Virus record (IMG/VR): IMGVR_UViG_3300044630_004720
From: a virus
Lineage: Duplodnaviria > Caudoviricetes
Reading direction: 5' to 3' (one strand)
Length of the DNA: 64,000 bases
The position numbers and the translations under genes are program-made. The notes beneath the pieces are model-generated. The model was not told the DNA's origin. It was given only the letters and a program-made list of their open reading frames with translations, and ran no database searches. The number at the start of each line of letters is the position of its first letter. Position 1 is the first letter of the stretch. Positions 18,480 through 30,300 of this stretch are shown here, one piece after another.

Positions 18480-19004
18480 ATGCAGAACAATTGGTATTTG
18501 GTAAAAGTTTTACCGGGAAAAGAAAGACAACTTACAGAACAATACAATAAAGAGATATCTTTGGGTAAAATCCCTAATATTTTAAGATTTGTATGTCCAC
18601 TTGAAAAAAACCTAGTTGTGGTTAAAAATAAAAAAGTAATTAGAGAAAAAGTTTTATACAGTGGATATTTGTATTTTGAAACATCACAAAAATTAAGTGA
18701 TGACGAATTGAAAACAGTTGCATCGCAACAATCGATTATGGGTATTTTGGGAGATAGAGTACCAGTACTTTTGAGAGAGTCTGATGTAATGAGAATTTTA
18801 AAAGACGAGATGTTGGAAGAACACCAACACTCAATGAAAGGTAATTTCACGACAGGTGATAACGTTAAAATTACAGAAGGTCCATTCGTTGATTTTAATG
18901 GTGTTGTATCTGCAAACAAAGGAGACAAAATAGAAGTTGAGGTTAAAATATTTGGTAGGGGTACCATTGTAACAGTATCTCCACTACATATTGAACGAAT
19001 ATGA
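18480..19004 (+). CDS. nusG: Transcription termination/antitermination factor NusG family
   Basis: NGN domain (WYLVKV.PGKE, LYSGYLYFE) and KOW domain (GDNVKITEGPF.DFNG, VKIFGR). Confidence 0.9.
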   Translation: MQNNWYLVKVLPGKERQLTEQYNKEISLGKIPNILRFVCPLEKNLVVVKNKKVIREKVLYSGYLYFETSQKLSDDELKTVASQQSIMGILGDRVPVLLRESDVMRILKDEMLEEHQHSMKGNFTTGDNVKITEGPFVDFNGVVSANKGDKIEVEVKIFGRGTIVTVSPLHIERI

Positions 19005-19270
19005 AAAAATTTGAAACTGAAGTATTAGTTTATTTAAATCAAGTCAAATCATTTTTAGAAAAAAATGAACAGGCTCGAGATTACTTCATCCAAGGAGTAA
19101 GTGTTGATGAGTTCTACGAAAAAGTAAAACTATTTTCTCAAGAAAATTTAGAAAAGAATGGTCAACCCGAATTAAGTGTTGAACAATTTGAGGAAATACG
19201 AAAGCCAAAAATCAAAAAAGAACCTCAAACTTTTATTTATACAGAATTTGGTGGATATTCACTGAATTAA
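19001..19270 (+). CDS. Hypothetical protein
   Basis: ATGA overlap with nusG. Confidence 0.65.
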   Translation: MKKFETEVLVYLNQVKSFLEKNEQARDYFIQGVSVDEFYEKVKLFSQENLEKNGQPELSVEQFEEIRKPKIKKEPQTFIYTEFGGYSLN

Positions 19271-19293
19271 CTTTTTTTTACCCTATATTTTTC

Positions 19294-19301
19294 TTATATT
19301 T
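19294..19301 (+). promoter_or_regulatory. TTATATTT promoter-like motif
   Basis: 5 nt upstream of ATG 19307, second copy ctatattt just upstream. Confidence 0.45.
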
Positions 19302-19306
19302 CTTTT

Positions 19307-20377
19307 ATGAAAAGAATTATTCCCGCAGAGTTAAAACTATTCGATAGTGTTTACTCAAACGATTTTCCAGATAATCAATATTACATTATATTATTTGGAG
19401 ATATGCCGTCAAAGCTATCAACAAGAACAACATACAATACTGAAATATTGGAACACTTAAAAAAAATAGGGTTTGAAGAATCTTTCAGGATTGAAAACAC
19501 TAAAAAAAACTATGACATAGCGGTAGAATCACTCTATATCAACAAAGAAAAAGAAATCATAATTCGTGCCGACCTTTCAACCGAAAGAAAGACACAATTA
19601 ATTTATTTGGAGTTTTATTATAACCTAAATAATGGAGAAATAAACCAACAAATTGATTTTAACACTTTCAATGATTACGTTAAGGAAAAGAAAAAATCAA
19701 ATATTCAATTAGTTAAAAGTGATATGGGTCATTTGGATACTGAAGAATATGATTTAGCAGTTCCTGATATGGATTTAGAAATAAACTATGGTGCGGAATT
19801 TAAAAAGATTCACGACATCATAATTAAACGTCTAAACAAAGACCAAGATAAGGGTATTATTTTATTACACGGAGAACCTGGTACAGGTAAAACATCATAT
19901 TTAAAATACTTAACTAAACAAGTTAAGGATAAGGATATTTTATTCATCCCACCATCAATGGCAGAAATGTTATCTGAACCTGCAATCATTCCATTCTTAA
20001 TGGAGAAGAGAAACAGTATTTTAATTATTGAGGATGCGGAACGAGTAATTTCAGATAGAGAAGGTAATGGTTCACCTGCTGGAGTTTCAAACATTTTGAA
20101 CTTAACTGACGGTATTTTGGGAGATTGTTTGAATATCCAAATCGTGGCAACATTTAATATGAAAAGGGAAAGAATCGACCAAGCTTTACTTAGAAAGGGT
20201 AGATTAATTGCTGAACATAAATTTGAAAAATTAAGTTTAGACGAAACCAATAACCTTCTTAAATTCTTAAAAAAAGACTTTGTTTCGGATAAACCTTTAA
20301 CATTAGCAGATATATATAATATAGACTCAGACGAGGTAAGAATAACAAAAGAAAAAAAACAGATAGGATTCCAATGA
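19307..20377 (+). CDS. AAA+ ATPase
   Basis: Walker A GEPGTGKT, Walker B IIEDAE, sensor TFN, ALLRKGR arginine finger. Confidence 0.88.
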   Translation: MKRIIPAELKLFDSVYSNDFPDNQYYIILFGDMPSKLSTRTTYNTEILEHLKKIGFEESFRIENTKKNYDIAVESLYINKEKEIIIRADLSTERKTQLIYLEFYYNLNNGEINQQIDFNTFNDYVKEKKKSNIQLVKSDMGHLDTEEYDLAVPDMDLEINYGAEFKKIHDIIIKRLNKDQDKGIILLHGEPGTGKTSYLKYLTKQVKDKDILFIPPSMAEMLSEPAIIPFLMEKRNSILIIEDAERVISDREGNGSPAGVSNILNLTDGILGDCLNIQIVATFNMKRERIDQALLRKGRLIAEHKFEKLSLDETNNLLKFLKKDFVSDKPLTLADIYNIDSDEVRITKEKKQIGFQ

Positions 20378-20688
20378 GAGAAATTACAACAAATGAATTG
20401 ACACAAAAATTAAATGAAAATAAAAAAGTATTAGTTGACTTTTTTGCAACTTGGTGTGGACCTTGTAAAACATTAGTACCCATTTTAGAATCGATTCAAG
20501 ACGATTATGATGGTGTGGAATTCGTAAAAGTAGATGTGGACCAAAATATGGACTTAGCTCTTAGTATGGGAGTTAGAGGTGTACCGACCGTAATTCTATT
20601 TAACGGAAAAGATGAGGTGTTTAGAACATCAGGAGCAAACGGTAAGGCTTTTTATAATAAAGTTATTACAGAATCATTTAATTTATAA
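20374..20688 (+). CDS. trxA: Thioredoxin
   Basis: DFFATWCGPCK, GVPT. Confidence 0.92.
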   Translation: MREITTNELTQKLNENKKVLVDFFATWCGPCKTLVPILESIQDDYDGVEFVKVDVDQNMDLALSMGVRGVPTVILFNGKDEVFRTSGANGKAFYNKVITESFNL

Positions 20689-20975
20689 TGGCAGACACAA
20701 TAATAGTTTTTACTTTAAATGGATGTGGACATTGTAGTAGTCTAAAAAAAAGATTAGGTGAAATCTCCATTCCATTTCAGGAAGTGGAAATAAATCAGAA
20801 TAGACAGATATGGGACCAAGTCGTTAGTCAAACAGGGCATAATCTTTTACCCACAGTCTTTATAAGAACCGACGGAACCGATGTCGGACCGATTTATATT
20901 CCAAGTAGAGACTACGAAACTGAAGATGAAATAGTAGAAATTTTAAAAAAACACACTGAAGAAGGGGGATTGTAA
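20688..20975 (+). CDS. Glutaredoxin-like protein
   Basis: FTLNGCGHC, LPTVFI. Confidence 0.8.
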   Translation: MADTIIVFTLNGCGHCSSLKKRLGEISIPFQEVEINQNRQIWDQVVSQTGHNLLPTVFIRTDGTDVGPIYIPSRDYETEDEIVEILKKHTEEGGL

Positions 20976-20992
20976 AAAAATCCCCTTTTTTT
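20962..20992 (+). terminator. Intrinsic terminator
   Basis: ggggatt/aatcccc stem followed by T7. Confidence 0.75.
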
Positions 20993-21015
20993 ATGCTGGT
21001 ATCTTAAATAAAAAG

Positions 21016-21022
21016 TATTTAT
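21016..21022 (+). promoter_or_regulatory. TATTTAT promoter-like motif
   Basis: After the terminator, 21 nt upstream of the first fibre-type gene. Confidence 0.5.
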
Positions 21023-21043
21023 GTAAAAGACTTTACTTTCTAA

Positions 21044-21826
21044 ATGGCATTACAACAAATCAACTGGTTACAAATTGACACGACTAACGTCCCATCTGGC
21101 TCACAGATAGATTTGGGTGCGATTTCAGGTGCTCTTCACGCAGTTTATGCTGAAAATTTATATGTATCAGGACAAGACATTTTAAATTTTTTATCACTTG
21201 ATGAATTAAATGCATTTACATCGTCGGTAAATGAATCGTTAGAGTTTACGGGGTCAAATTTAACAGTTAAGGGTAATTTATTAGTAAAAGGTACAACAAC
21301 GGCTGTAGAGTCCAACGTTGTATCTATAGGTGACAATATTGTCGAACTGAATGGAACCGCAGCGGCTTACGGTGGTCTCTTAATTAAAGACCCCACAGCT
21401 CCAAATACCATATCAGGCTCACTACTTTGGGACACATTGAATGACAAATGGATTGGTGGTCCTTTGGGTGATGAAGAACCGTTTATTCAAGAAACGGAGT
21501 TTACAAACTTTTCAAGTTCAGTTTCAACAACTATTGATGAAATTGGAATTTGGAGAGAGACTGGTTCATTTTATGCAACCACACACGATTTACAGGTTAC
21601 GGGTTCAGTTTTAATCAAAGGAGATTTACTTGTTGAGGGTAAAACAACCTTAGTACAGAAATTAGACCCAAATGTGGAATCTTTGGTTGTGTCAGGTGCA
21701 ATGAATATCGTGAGAAATCAAATAAACACACAAATAGTATCAGCATCACTCAAAATACAAGGTTTAGGTGAACTTGCAGATGTTAACAAATCGGCGGTAC
21801 TTGATTGTGGAGACGGGTTTTTCTAA
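21044..21826 (+). CDS. Virion fibre-associated protein
   Basis: GNLxVxG beta-repeats and a module shared with the two downstream fibre genes; ends DCGDGFF. Confidence 0.6.
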   Translation: MALQQINWLQIDTTNVPSGSQIDLGAISGALHAVYAENLYVSGQDILNFLSLDELNAFTSSVNESLEFTGSNLTVKGNLLVKGTTTAVESNVVSIGDNIVELNGTAAAYGGLLIKDPTAPNTISGSLLWDTLNDKWIGGPLGDEEPFIQETEFTNFSSSVSTTIDEIGIWRETGSFYATTHDLQVTGSVLIKGDLLVEGKTTLVQKLDPNVESLVVSGAMNIVRNQINTQIVSASLKIQGLGELADVNKSAVLDCGDGFF

Positions 21827-21838
21827 TTAAAAATAAAG

Positions 21839-21846
21839 TATTTATA
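21839..21846 (+). promoter_or_regulatory. TATTTATA promoter-like motif
   Basis: Intergenic, 22 nt upstream of ATG 21869. Confidence 0.5.
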
Positions 21847-21868
21847 TAAAAAGAATTAAAATTAGAAT

Positions 21869-24250
21869 ATGGCGCAAATAATCAAACACAGAAGGGGTAG
21901 TGTCACCCAATTAAAAGACGTTACCGCAAGAGTCGGTGAATTGGTGATGGCAACCGGTTCTATCTCAGATATGAACGGTCCATTCCTATTTGTTGGTGAG
22001 ACTGAAGGAGTTGCGGGGGCATATAGACCCGTTTCAAAAATCTATCAGGGTTCATCAGCACCAACAATTTCATTAGGTTCACACGGTTCAGTAATTGACG
22101 GTACTCCTTTCTATGCGACAGGAAATAAATCCTTATACGTCTTAAGTAAAGACGGTAACAATAGACTCGATTTAACAGGTAACATTGAAGGAAATTTAAT
22201 CTCTGGTGTAACAATCAACAGTTTAACAGGTAGTAGAGCCACGTTTAACACATTTGTTAGTTCATCAGCATTAAATGTGTCTGGTAATACTCAAATGGGT
22301 GGAACATTGTTTGTTGATGGAGATACATCAATAAACGCCGACCTTTATATTACTGGTAACACAATTCAAACAGGTTCTATTGATTTAACGGGAAATGTAA
22401 CTTTAGGTGGTAACATCGTCATCGGTAATCAAACAACCGACTTGGTTGTTTTCCAAGGTGAGGTTAGTTCATCTATTTTACCCGAATTAAATAATGAATT
22501 CGATTTAGGTAGTGGAACACAAGCTTGGAGAAATCTACACGTTAGTGGTACTGCATATGTAGGAATTCTACAAGCGGAGTCCATTTCACTTAGTGGAATT
22601 ACCGTTTTTGAAGACCTTATTGTAAATGGTGATACATTTTTAGGAAACGATTCAGGAGACAATGTTTATATTAGCGGTTCAACATATGTTGGAACATTAA
22701 CAGAAAAAAGATTAACTGTTGCAGGTGCCGATGGATTGTTGACAGACTATAGTGGACTAACATTTGATAATGGTAATTTAAATTTATCAGGAGCACTTGA
22801 GGTTACAAATATCCAAGGAACGGGTTCATTATATTTGAAACCTGATTTAAATGATGGTAGAGATTTTAGAATATATAATACAGCACCTTCAGATATTCAT
22901 ATTAAAGGTAATGCGGCATATAGTTTCTTTGGTGATGATACCAATTACTTAAAAATAGATGACAATGCAGGAAAAACAACAATCGTTGGGGTAAACGGTG
23001 TAATTGTTAGTTCTTCATTAGATGTAACGGGTTCCGCACAATTCTCAACAACAATTAATGTTGATGGTGAAGCAACTTTATCATCTGCAACAATTGAAGA
23101 TTTAACACAAAATAGAATCGTAACAGTTGGTTCAGGAGGTTCTTTAATTGATAGTTCAGGATTTACATATAATGGTACCGTTTTCAAAATCGGTAATGGT
23201 CAATTTGAAGTTGATACTAACAATGGTAGTGTTAGAACATCAGGTTCGTTAGATGTTCATAATGTTTTAGAAGCTCATAGTACAACAGAATTAATGGGTG
23301 CTGTGGGAATGAATTCAACATTAGATGTTACAGGTTCCGCAACCTTTAAATCAACTATTGATGTTGTTGGTACTGCTAGTATGGGTCACGCAGTTGTAGA
23401 TGACTTAGTACAAGACGGAATAGTAACCGCAGGTGCTTTAGGTGAATTACAAAATAATTCAGGTTTCACATTTAACGGTTCCATCTTTAAAGTTGGTTCA
23501 GGTAATTTTGAAGTAGATACTGATGGAGACGTTAGAACATCCGGTTCATTGACGATTGGTAATGACTTAACAATAGTAGACGCTCTTAATGTCGGTGGAG
23601 TTTTAACAGTAACAGGTCAAACATTATTACAAAGTGATTTATATGTTTCAGGTAACTTACAAGTTTTAGGAAATGCAACTAGTGTAACAATTCAATCAAC
23701 AACAGTTGAATTGGATGATAATATAATCAGATTAAATGCATATTCACCATTTGAAAGATATGCGGGATTTGAAGTTATTGATTCAGGTTCAACTGGTGTT
23801 TCAGCATCATTTCTGTGGGACGGATTGAATGATTATTGGATGTTTGTTTCAAGTTCGGGTCAGTCAAGTAAATTACTTGGTACTACCGCTGGAACATATG
23901 GTTCAGAAAATAGTTTGACCGACACATATTTCCCAATCGCAACAGGACCAAACACAATTGGTGATAGTTTATTGAGATATAGCGGAACAACATTGTCTTT
24001 TAACACAAATAAATTTACAATTGATTCTGGAACCGGTGACACATTAGTAAGTGGTAACTTTACATTAAGTTATTCAGGTGGAACGGATAATGGTACTAAA
24101 ACGTCAGCAATTATGTTTAGAAATTCGAGTAATGTTGTTGGATTTGTTTCGACAACAGAAACAACAGATGTTCTTGATGGAGTTTTAGGTTATAAAAATT
24201 CAAATGGAGCGTTAGTATTCTCAACCGTAATTGACGGAGGAACATATTAA
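21869..24250 (+). CDS. Tail fibre/whisker protein with Mtd_N-like head and beta-helix repeats
   Basis: MAQIIKHRRG...GEL N-terminus, many LxVxG repeats, C-terminal IDGGTY. Confidence 0.7.
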   Translation: MAQIIKHRRGSVTQLKDVTARVGELVMATGSISDMNGPFLFVGETEGVAGAYRPVSKIYQGSSAPTISLGSHGSVIDGTPFYATGNKSLYVLSKDGNNRLDLTGNIEGNLISGVTINSLTGSRATFNTFVSSSALNVSGNTQMGGTLFVDGDTSINADLYITGNTIQTGSIDLTGNVTLGGNIVIGNQTTDLVVFQGEVSSSILPELNNEFDLGSGTQAWRNLHVSGTAYVGILQAESISLSGITVFEDLIVNGDTFLGNDSGDNVYISGSTYVGTLTEKRLTVAGADGLLTDYSGLTFDNGNLNLSGALEVTNIQGTGSLYLKPDLNDGRDFRIYNTAPSDIHIKGNAAYSFFGDDTNYLKIDDNAGKTTIVGVNGVIVSSSLDVTGSAQFSTTINVDGEATLSSATIEDLTQNRIVTVGSGGSLIDSSGFTYNGTVFKIGNGQFEVDTNNGSVRTSGSLDVHNVLEAHSTTELMGAVGMNSTLDVTGSATFKSTIDVVGTASMGHAVVDDLVQDGIVTAGALGELQNNSGFTFNGSIFKVGSGNFEVDTDGDVRTSGSLTIGNDLTIVDALNVGGVLTVTGQTLLQSDLYVSGNLQVLGNATSVTIQSTTVELDDNIIRLNAYSPFERYAGFEVIDSGSTGVSASFLWDGLNDYWMFVSSSGQSSKLLGTTAGTYGSENSLTDTYFPIATGPNTIGDSLLRYSGTTLSFNTNKFTIDSGTGDTLVSGNFTLSYSGGTDNGTKTSAIMFRNSSNVVGFVSTTETTDVLDGVLGYKNSNGALVFSTVIDGGTY

Positions 24251-24270
24251 TACTAATTCAAACACAATAT

Positions 24271-24301
24271 AAAAGGGGGGACGTAAATCCTCCCTTTTTT
24301 T
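24271..24301 (+). terminator. Intrinsic terminator
   Basis: gggggga/tcctccc stem (one G-U pair) followed by T7. Confidence 0.65.
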
Positions 24302-24325
24302 ATTATTCTAATTGGAACTTTTATG

Positions 24326-24333
24326 TATTTATA
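24326..24333 (+). promoter_or_regulatory. TATTTATA promoter-like motif
   Basis: Between the terminator and the 2509 aa gene. Confidence 0.5.
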
Positions 24334-24338
24334 ATAAG

Positions 24339-24375
24339 ACCTAAATAGGTTATATTAAACCGTGGTATATACCAC
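24339..24375. promoter_or_regulatory. Two dyads in the 5' leader of the giant fibre gene
   Basis: acct-aaat-aggt (24339-24350) and perfect palindrome GTGGTATATACCAC (24362-24375). Confidence 0.45.
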
Positions 24376-24399
24376 AAATACATTGAGGAAACCATATAT

Positions 24400-27300
24400 A
24401 TGGCACAGATAGTAAAACTGCGTAGAAGTAGTGTATCAGGTCAAAAACCAACGAACACTAACTTACAATTAGGAGAATTAGCTCAGAACACCACGGACGG
24501 TAAGATTTTCTTAGCGAAGTCAGGTTCGAGTGGACCTTCAATCGAGGAAATAATTGTTACAAACACATCCAACACAGGTTCGATAAATCTGTTGGGTAGT
24601 GTAACTGCGTCAAATTTCACCGGTAGTTTTATTGGTGATGGTGCTTTACTATATAATGTGCCGGTATCTGGTGTTACAAATCTAACAACAATCTCAGGTT
24701 CATTAGACTCAAGATTAGATGCTTTAGAGGCTTATAGTGGTTCACAACAAGTACCAACGGCATCATATGCGTTTAGAACCACACAGGTAGATGTGTATTG
24801 TAAAAATATGTCAGGCACCCAAATAAATAAGGGTACTGTTGTTAGAATTACAGGTGCGGTGGGTGACAATCCTTTAATTAGTGTTGCTTCTCTTTTAACT
24901 GAAGGACAGTCTGCCAATACATTAGGTATCACAACTGAAAATATTCCAAATGATGGTTTTGGTTTAGTAATAACTGAAGGTATTTTAACAGGAGTTAATA
25001 CCAATGGTATGACTGCGGGTCAATTACTATTTTTAGGTGAGAATGGAACATTTACAACATCATATCCTGTTGCTCCAAATCACGGAGTTAGACTGGGTGA
25101 AGTATTAAGAGTTCAACAACAACAAGGTTCAATTTATGTTCGTATAGATAACGGTTCGGAATTAGGTGAATCACACGACGTTCTTGATTCAACAACAAGC
25201 TCATCATATGGTGACTTATTAGTTAAAAGTGGTAGTGTGTGGGTTAATAGTAGAAGTTTAAATGGTAATTATGCCGTTACAGGTAGTTTAACAATTACAC
25301 AGAACTTAACAGTTTTAGGTTCATCTTCACTTGTATATGTTACCTCGTCACAACTTGCGGTAAGTGCATCTTTTATAAGTGTAAACGTTTTTGAACCAGC
25401 CGAAAGATTTGGTGGGTTAAAAGTTTATGATAGTGGCAGTTCAAATGCCACAGCATCTTTAGCTTGGGATAGTTTACATAATCATTGGGTATATCAAAAC
25501 TCAACTGACGACACATACTCTGGTGGTATGTTACTATCTGGACCAAGAAACACCGGTTCTTTGGGCGACGAGCCTGGTTTAATAAGTGGTAGAATTGTAA
25601 AGTCAATTGGTGGTGACCATATTGATGTGTCTATCATATCTGAAACCGGAACAACTATTACAGTTGGTGGTGATTTGGTTGCTAATTCAATAACAGGTGC
25701 TTTTGATTTTTATGGTTTGGTAAACAGACCTACTTTAGTATCAGGTTCATCACAAATTGAAATTACAGGGACAACCGGATATTCAGATTTTAGTTCTTCT
25801 ATAAAAGATAGAATAGATGTTGTCACTGGTTCAATTACTGACCTATCATCTTCTGTTAAAGATAGAATTGACATCGTTACAGGGTCAATAACAGATTTAA
25901 GTTCGTCAGTTAAGGACCGAATTGATATTGTCACCGGTTCAATTACAGATTTAAGTTCATCAGTTAAAGATAGAATTGATGTAGTTACAGGCTCAATTAC
26001 TGACCTGTCATCTTCCGTTAAAGATAGGATTGATGTTGTTACCGGTTCAATCACTGACCTATCATCTTCTGTTAAAGATAGAATAGATACTGTCACTGGT
26101 TCAATCACCGATTTAAGCTCTTCTGTTAAAGATAGAATAGATGTTGTCACCGGTTCTGTTGATTCTTTAAATTTATTTACGAGTTCATATACCACAAATT
26201 CATTCACAGGTTCATTTATTGGTGATGGTTCAGGTTTATACAATATTCCGGCAAGTGGTGTTACAGGATTACAATTAGATAAAATTATTAATGGTAATGC
26301 AAGTGCTTCAATTAATAATAGTGGATTTTATGTAAACAGAGATGTTTTTGTTGACGGTACAATTACCGCAAAAGAAATTCATATTGATTATGTAACATCT
26401 TCAGTTCTATATCAATCAGGTTCCACAAAATTTGGTGATTCAAATGACGACACACACCAATTCACAGGTTCCGTTAAAATTTCAGGTTCATTACAATCCG
26501 ATTCTATTACAGGTTCATTCACGGGTTCATTTGCCGGAAACGCTTCAGGGTTAGTAAATGTTCCTTTTCATATTTCAGGTTCCGATGTTGATGGTGGAAC
26601 ATATGATAAACAATTTTCAAAATTACAATTTGACGATAGTACAGGATTAAATGTTAGTGAATCAGTCGCAGGAACAGCATTCATATCGATTGGGTCACAC
26701 TTTAGAGATATTTTTGTTTCAGGTTCGGATATGTTAAGAGCAACTGGTTCAGATGCTTTTGAAATTATACCTGAAGGAGGTATTGAAGTTACAACTTCAA
26801 TCACCGACACCAATTCAAATGGTTATGTAAAAGAATTAAGATTAAGTACAACAACGTTATCATCATCTCTTGATACAAGAATTGATAACTTATCAAGTAG
26901 TGTAGTTTACCAATCAGAAACATCGTCAATGACGGTGTTGAGCTCATCATACGCATTAACTGCATCATTTGCATTAAACGCAGGTGGAGGAAGTGAAGGT
27001 AGAACTTATATACATACACAATCATCAGCATCAACAACTTGGACGGTTACACATAACTTAGGTGAACAATATCCGGCAATTGTGGTATTTGATTCGTCAG
27101 ATAACGTAATTGTTCCGGGTACAATAACAGCAGTAAACGATACTAGCTTCACAGTAACTTTCCCAAGTGCACAAACAGGTAAAGTGAGTGCAACTGTTGG
27201 TGGTGGATTACCATTTGTTAGTGCAAGTTTTGTTGATTATGTTTTAGCTGTTAATAATGATATTCCATATTGGAAAGGAGGTGTTATATCAGGTTCGGCT

Positions 27301-30300
27301 CAAATCATATTAACAGGAACAACGGGATATTCTACGTTTAGTTCTTCAGTTGCAACAACAACATTAAATATAAAAAATAGGGTAGATTCTATTGAAGTAA
27401 AAACAGGTAGTTATGCAACAACAGGTTCTAATTTATTTATTGGTACACAAACACTTAGTGGTTCTATATTACCATCTGTTGATAATTTATATGATTTAGG
27501 TAGTTCAACACATCAATGGAGAGATGTTTACATTTCTTCTGGGTCTCTTTATATCGATGGAACAAAAGTTATTAGTAGCACAACGCAAGAACTACAAATC
27601 ACAACTGATTCAGGTCAATCAATTAAAATATTAGAAAACGGAACAGATTCAATTATTTTACAAACCGCTGATGGTGATGTTGAATTAAAGTCTAGCGGCG
27701 ATGGTGATATATTATTAGACCCAACTAATGGTAAGATAATGTTAAAAGGTCCTGTTGAAATATTAAACGGACAAAAAATACAATCATCAGTTGGAGGTAC
27801 ACCTGTTGTTTTTGCAAACGATATTGTAGTTTCTGGTTCTATAGAATTAACGGGTACAATTGATGGAATTGATTTAACATCATTTAGTTCATCGGCTAAT
27901 ACAAGATTAACAAATTTAGAAAGTAGCGGAGGTAGTTTAAATTCATTTACGGCGTCAGCAAACACAAGATTAGGTGCGTTAGAAACACAAAGCGGTAGTA
28001 TAAATTCATTTACCGCTTCTGCAAATACGAGATTAGGGGACTTAGAAACAGAAAGCGGTAGCGTAAGATTTGATTTAAATTCTCATATCTCAAGTGCAAA
28101 CGGAAGATTAACCTCAATTGAAACATCGACAGGTTCATTAAATTCATTTAGTTCTTCGACCTCGACAAGATTATCATCAATTGAAATATCGACTGGCTCG
28201 TTAAACTCATTTACTTCCTCAACTGCCGGAAGTTTAATTGCAATTCAAACAAGTACATCGAGTTTGAATTCATTTACTTCCTCAACTGCCGAAAGTTTAA
28301 TTGCAATTCAAACAAGTACATCAAGTTTAAATAGCTTTACTGCATCAACAAATACAAGATTGGGAGCGTTAGAAACTTCTACATCGAGCCTTAATACATT
28401 TAGTTCTTCTACAAATGGTAGATTAACATCAATTGAAACATCTACAGCTTCATTAAATTCATTTACATCTTCTACTGAGGGAAGTTTAATCGCAATTCAA
28501 ACAAGCACAGCAAGTTTAAATAGTTTTAGTTCTTCTACTAATACAAGATTAGGGGCATTAGAAACAGAAAGCGGTTCTATTAGAACGGCATTCAATAGCT
28601 ACACCTCATCTAACGATAGTACAAATACAACTCAGAATAATAGATTAACGGCGTTAGAAACTTCTACATCAAGCCTTAATACATTTAGTTCATCTACTAA
28701 TACAAGATTAGGGTCGTTAGAAACAGAAAGCGGTTCTATTAGGACTGCATTTAATAGTTATACATCATCCAATGATGGAACAAATACAACTCAGAATAAT
28801 AGGCTAACGGCATTAGAAACTTCCACATCAAGTTTAAATAGTTTTAGTTCTTCTACAAATAGTAAACTAACATCTATTGAGACAAGTACAGGTAGTTTAA
28901 ACACATTTAGTTCTTCTACTAATACAAGAGTAGGAGCATTAGAAACTGAAAGTGGAAGCATTAGAACAGCATTTAATAATTATACATCATCCAATGATGG
29001 AACAAATACAACACAAAATAGTAGATTAACATCATTAGAAGGGAAGACAGGTAGTTATGCTACAACAGGTTCCAACGTGTTCATTGGTGACCAAACAATA
29101 ACAGGGTCTTTGTATATTTCACAAAACCTTATAATTGCGGGTTCATCTTCAATACAACACATCACATCTTCTCAACTTAATATTGGTGATAACATTATCA
29201 CGGTAAATGCTCAAAACCCAAGTATTAGATTTGGTGGTCTTGCGGTTATTGATAGTGGTTCTTCACCACAAGTATCCGGTTCAATTTTATTTGATTCAAC
29301 AAATGACCAATGGATATTTGTTCATCAAAATCAAAGTACCATTACCTCTTCTGTTTTATTAATGGGTCCTGAGACCTATAACAATTTAGGTGGAGAATCT
29401 TACTTAACACAAAATAGAATTCCAAAAGGAAGTGGTATTGAACATTTAAATGATAGTAATATTAGTGACACCGGAACAAAGGTTTCAATCAATTCAAATA
29501 CAGAAATCACCGGTACATTTGTTGCAACAGGAACGGCATTAGTTTCGGGTTCTGCTCAGATTTCATTCAATGGTATAACTGATAAACCAACATTAGTTTC
29601 AGGTTCGTCTCAAATTACTTTCTTAAGTATTAGTAACATACCATCAGGACTTGTTTCAGGTTCTTCACAAGTATTAAACGGAAGTGGAGTATGGTCGGGT
29701 TCAGCACAATTACCATCAGGAACCGTGTCAGGTTCTTCACAAGTATTAAACGGAAGTGGAGTATGGTCGGGTTCAGCACAATTACCTGCGGGTGTTGTGT
29801 CTGGCTCAAGTCAAGTTTTAAATGGTAGTGGAGTATGGTCAGGCTCAGCACAATTACCATCAGGTGTTGTGTCAGGTTCAAGTCAAATTACGTATTCATC
29901 TATTAGTGGTATTCCTACAGGTATTGTTTCAGGCTCATCACAAGTATCTTTCGGTGGTATTAGTGGAGTACCTTCAGGATTAGTTTCAGGTTCATCACAA
30001 GTGGCATTTGGTTCGTTAAGTGGTTTACCTTCAGGTATCATATCAGGTTCATCACAAATATCATTTGGTAGTATTAGTGGAGTACCTTCAGGTTTAGTGT
30101 CAGGTAGTTCACAAGTGGCGTTTGGTTCATTAAGTGGATTACCGTCTGGTTTAGTATCTGGTTCTTCACAAATATCATTTGGTTCAATATCGAACATTCC
30201 TTCGGGGTTGGTATCAGGTTCATCACAAATATCATTTGGTAGTATATCAGGACTACCACCAGGATTAGTGTCAGGCTCTTCACAAATTTCAATCGCATCG

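Noticed and set aside
28055-28064. RfaH ops-like GCGGTAGCGT
   Set aside because: Lies deep in coding sequence (ESGSV repeat), not in a leader; likely chance
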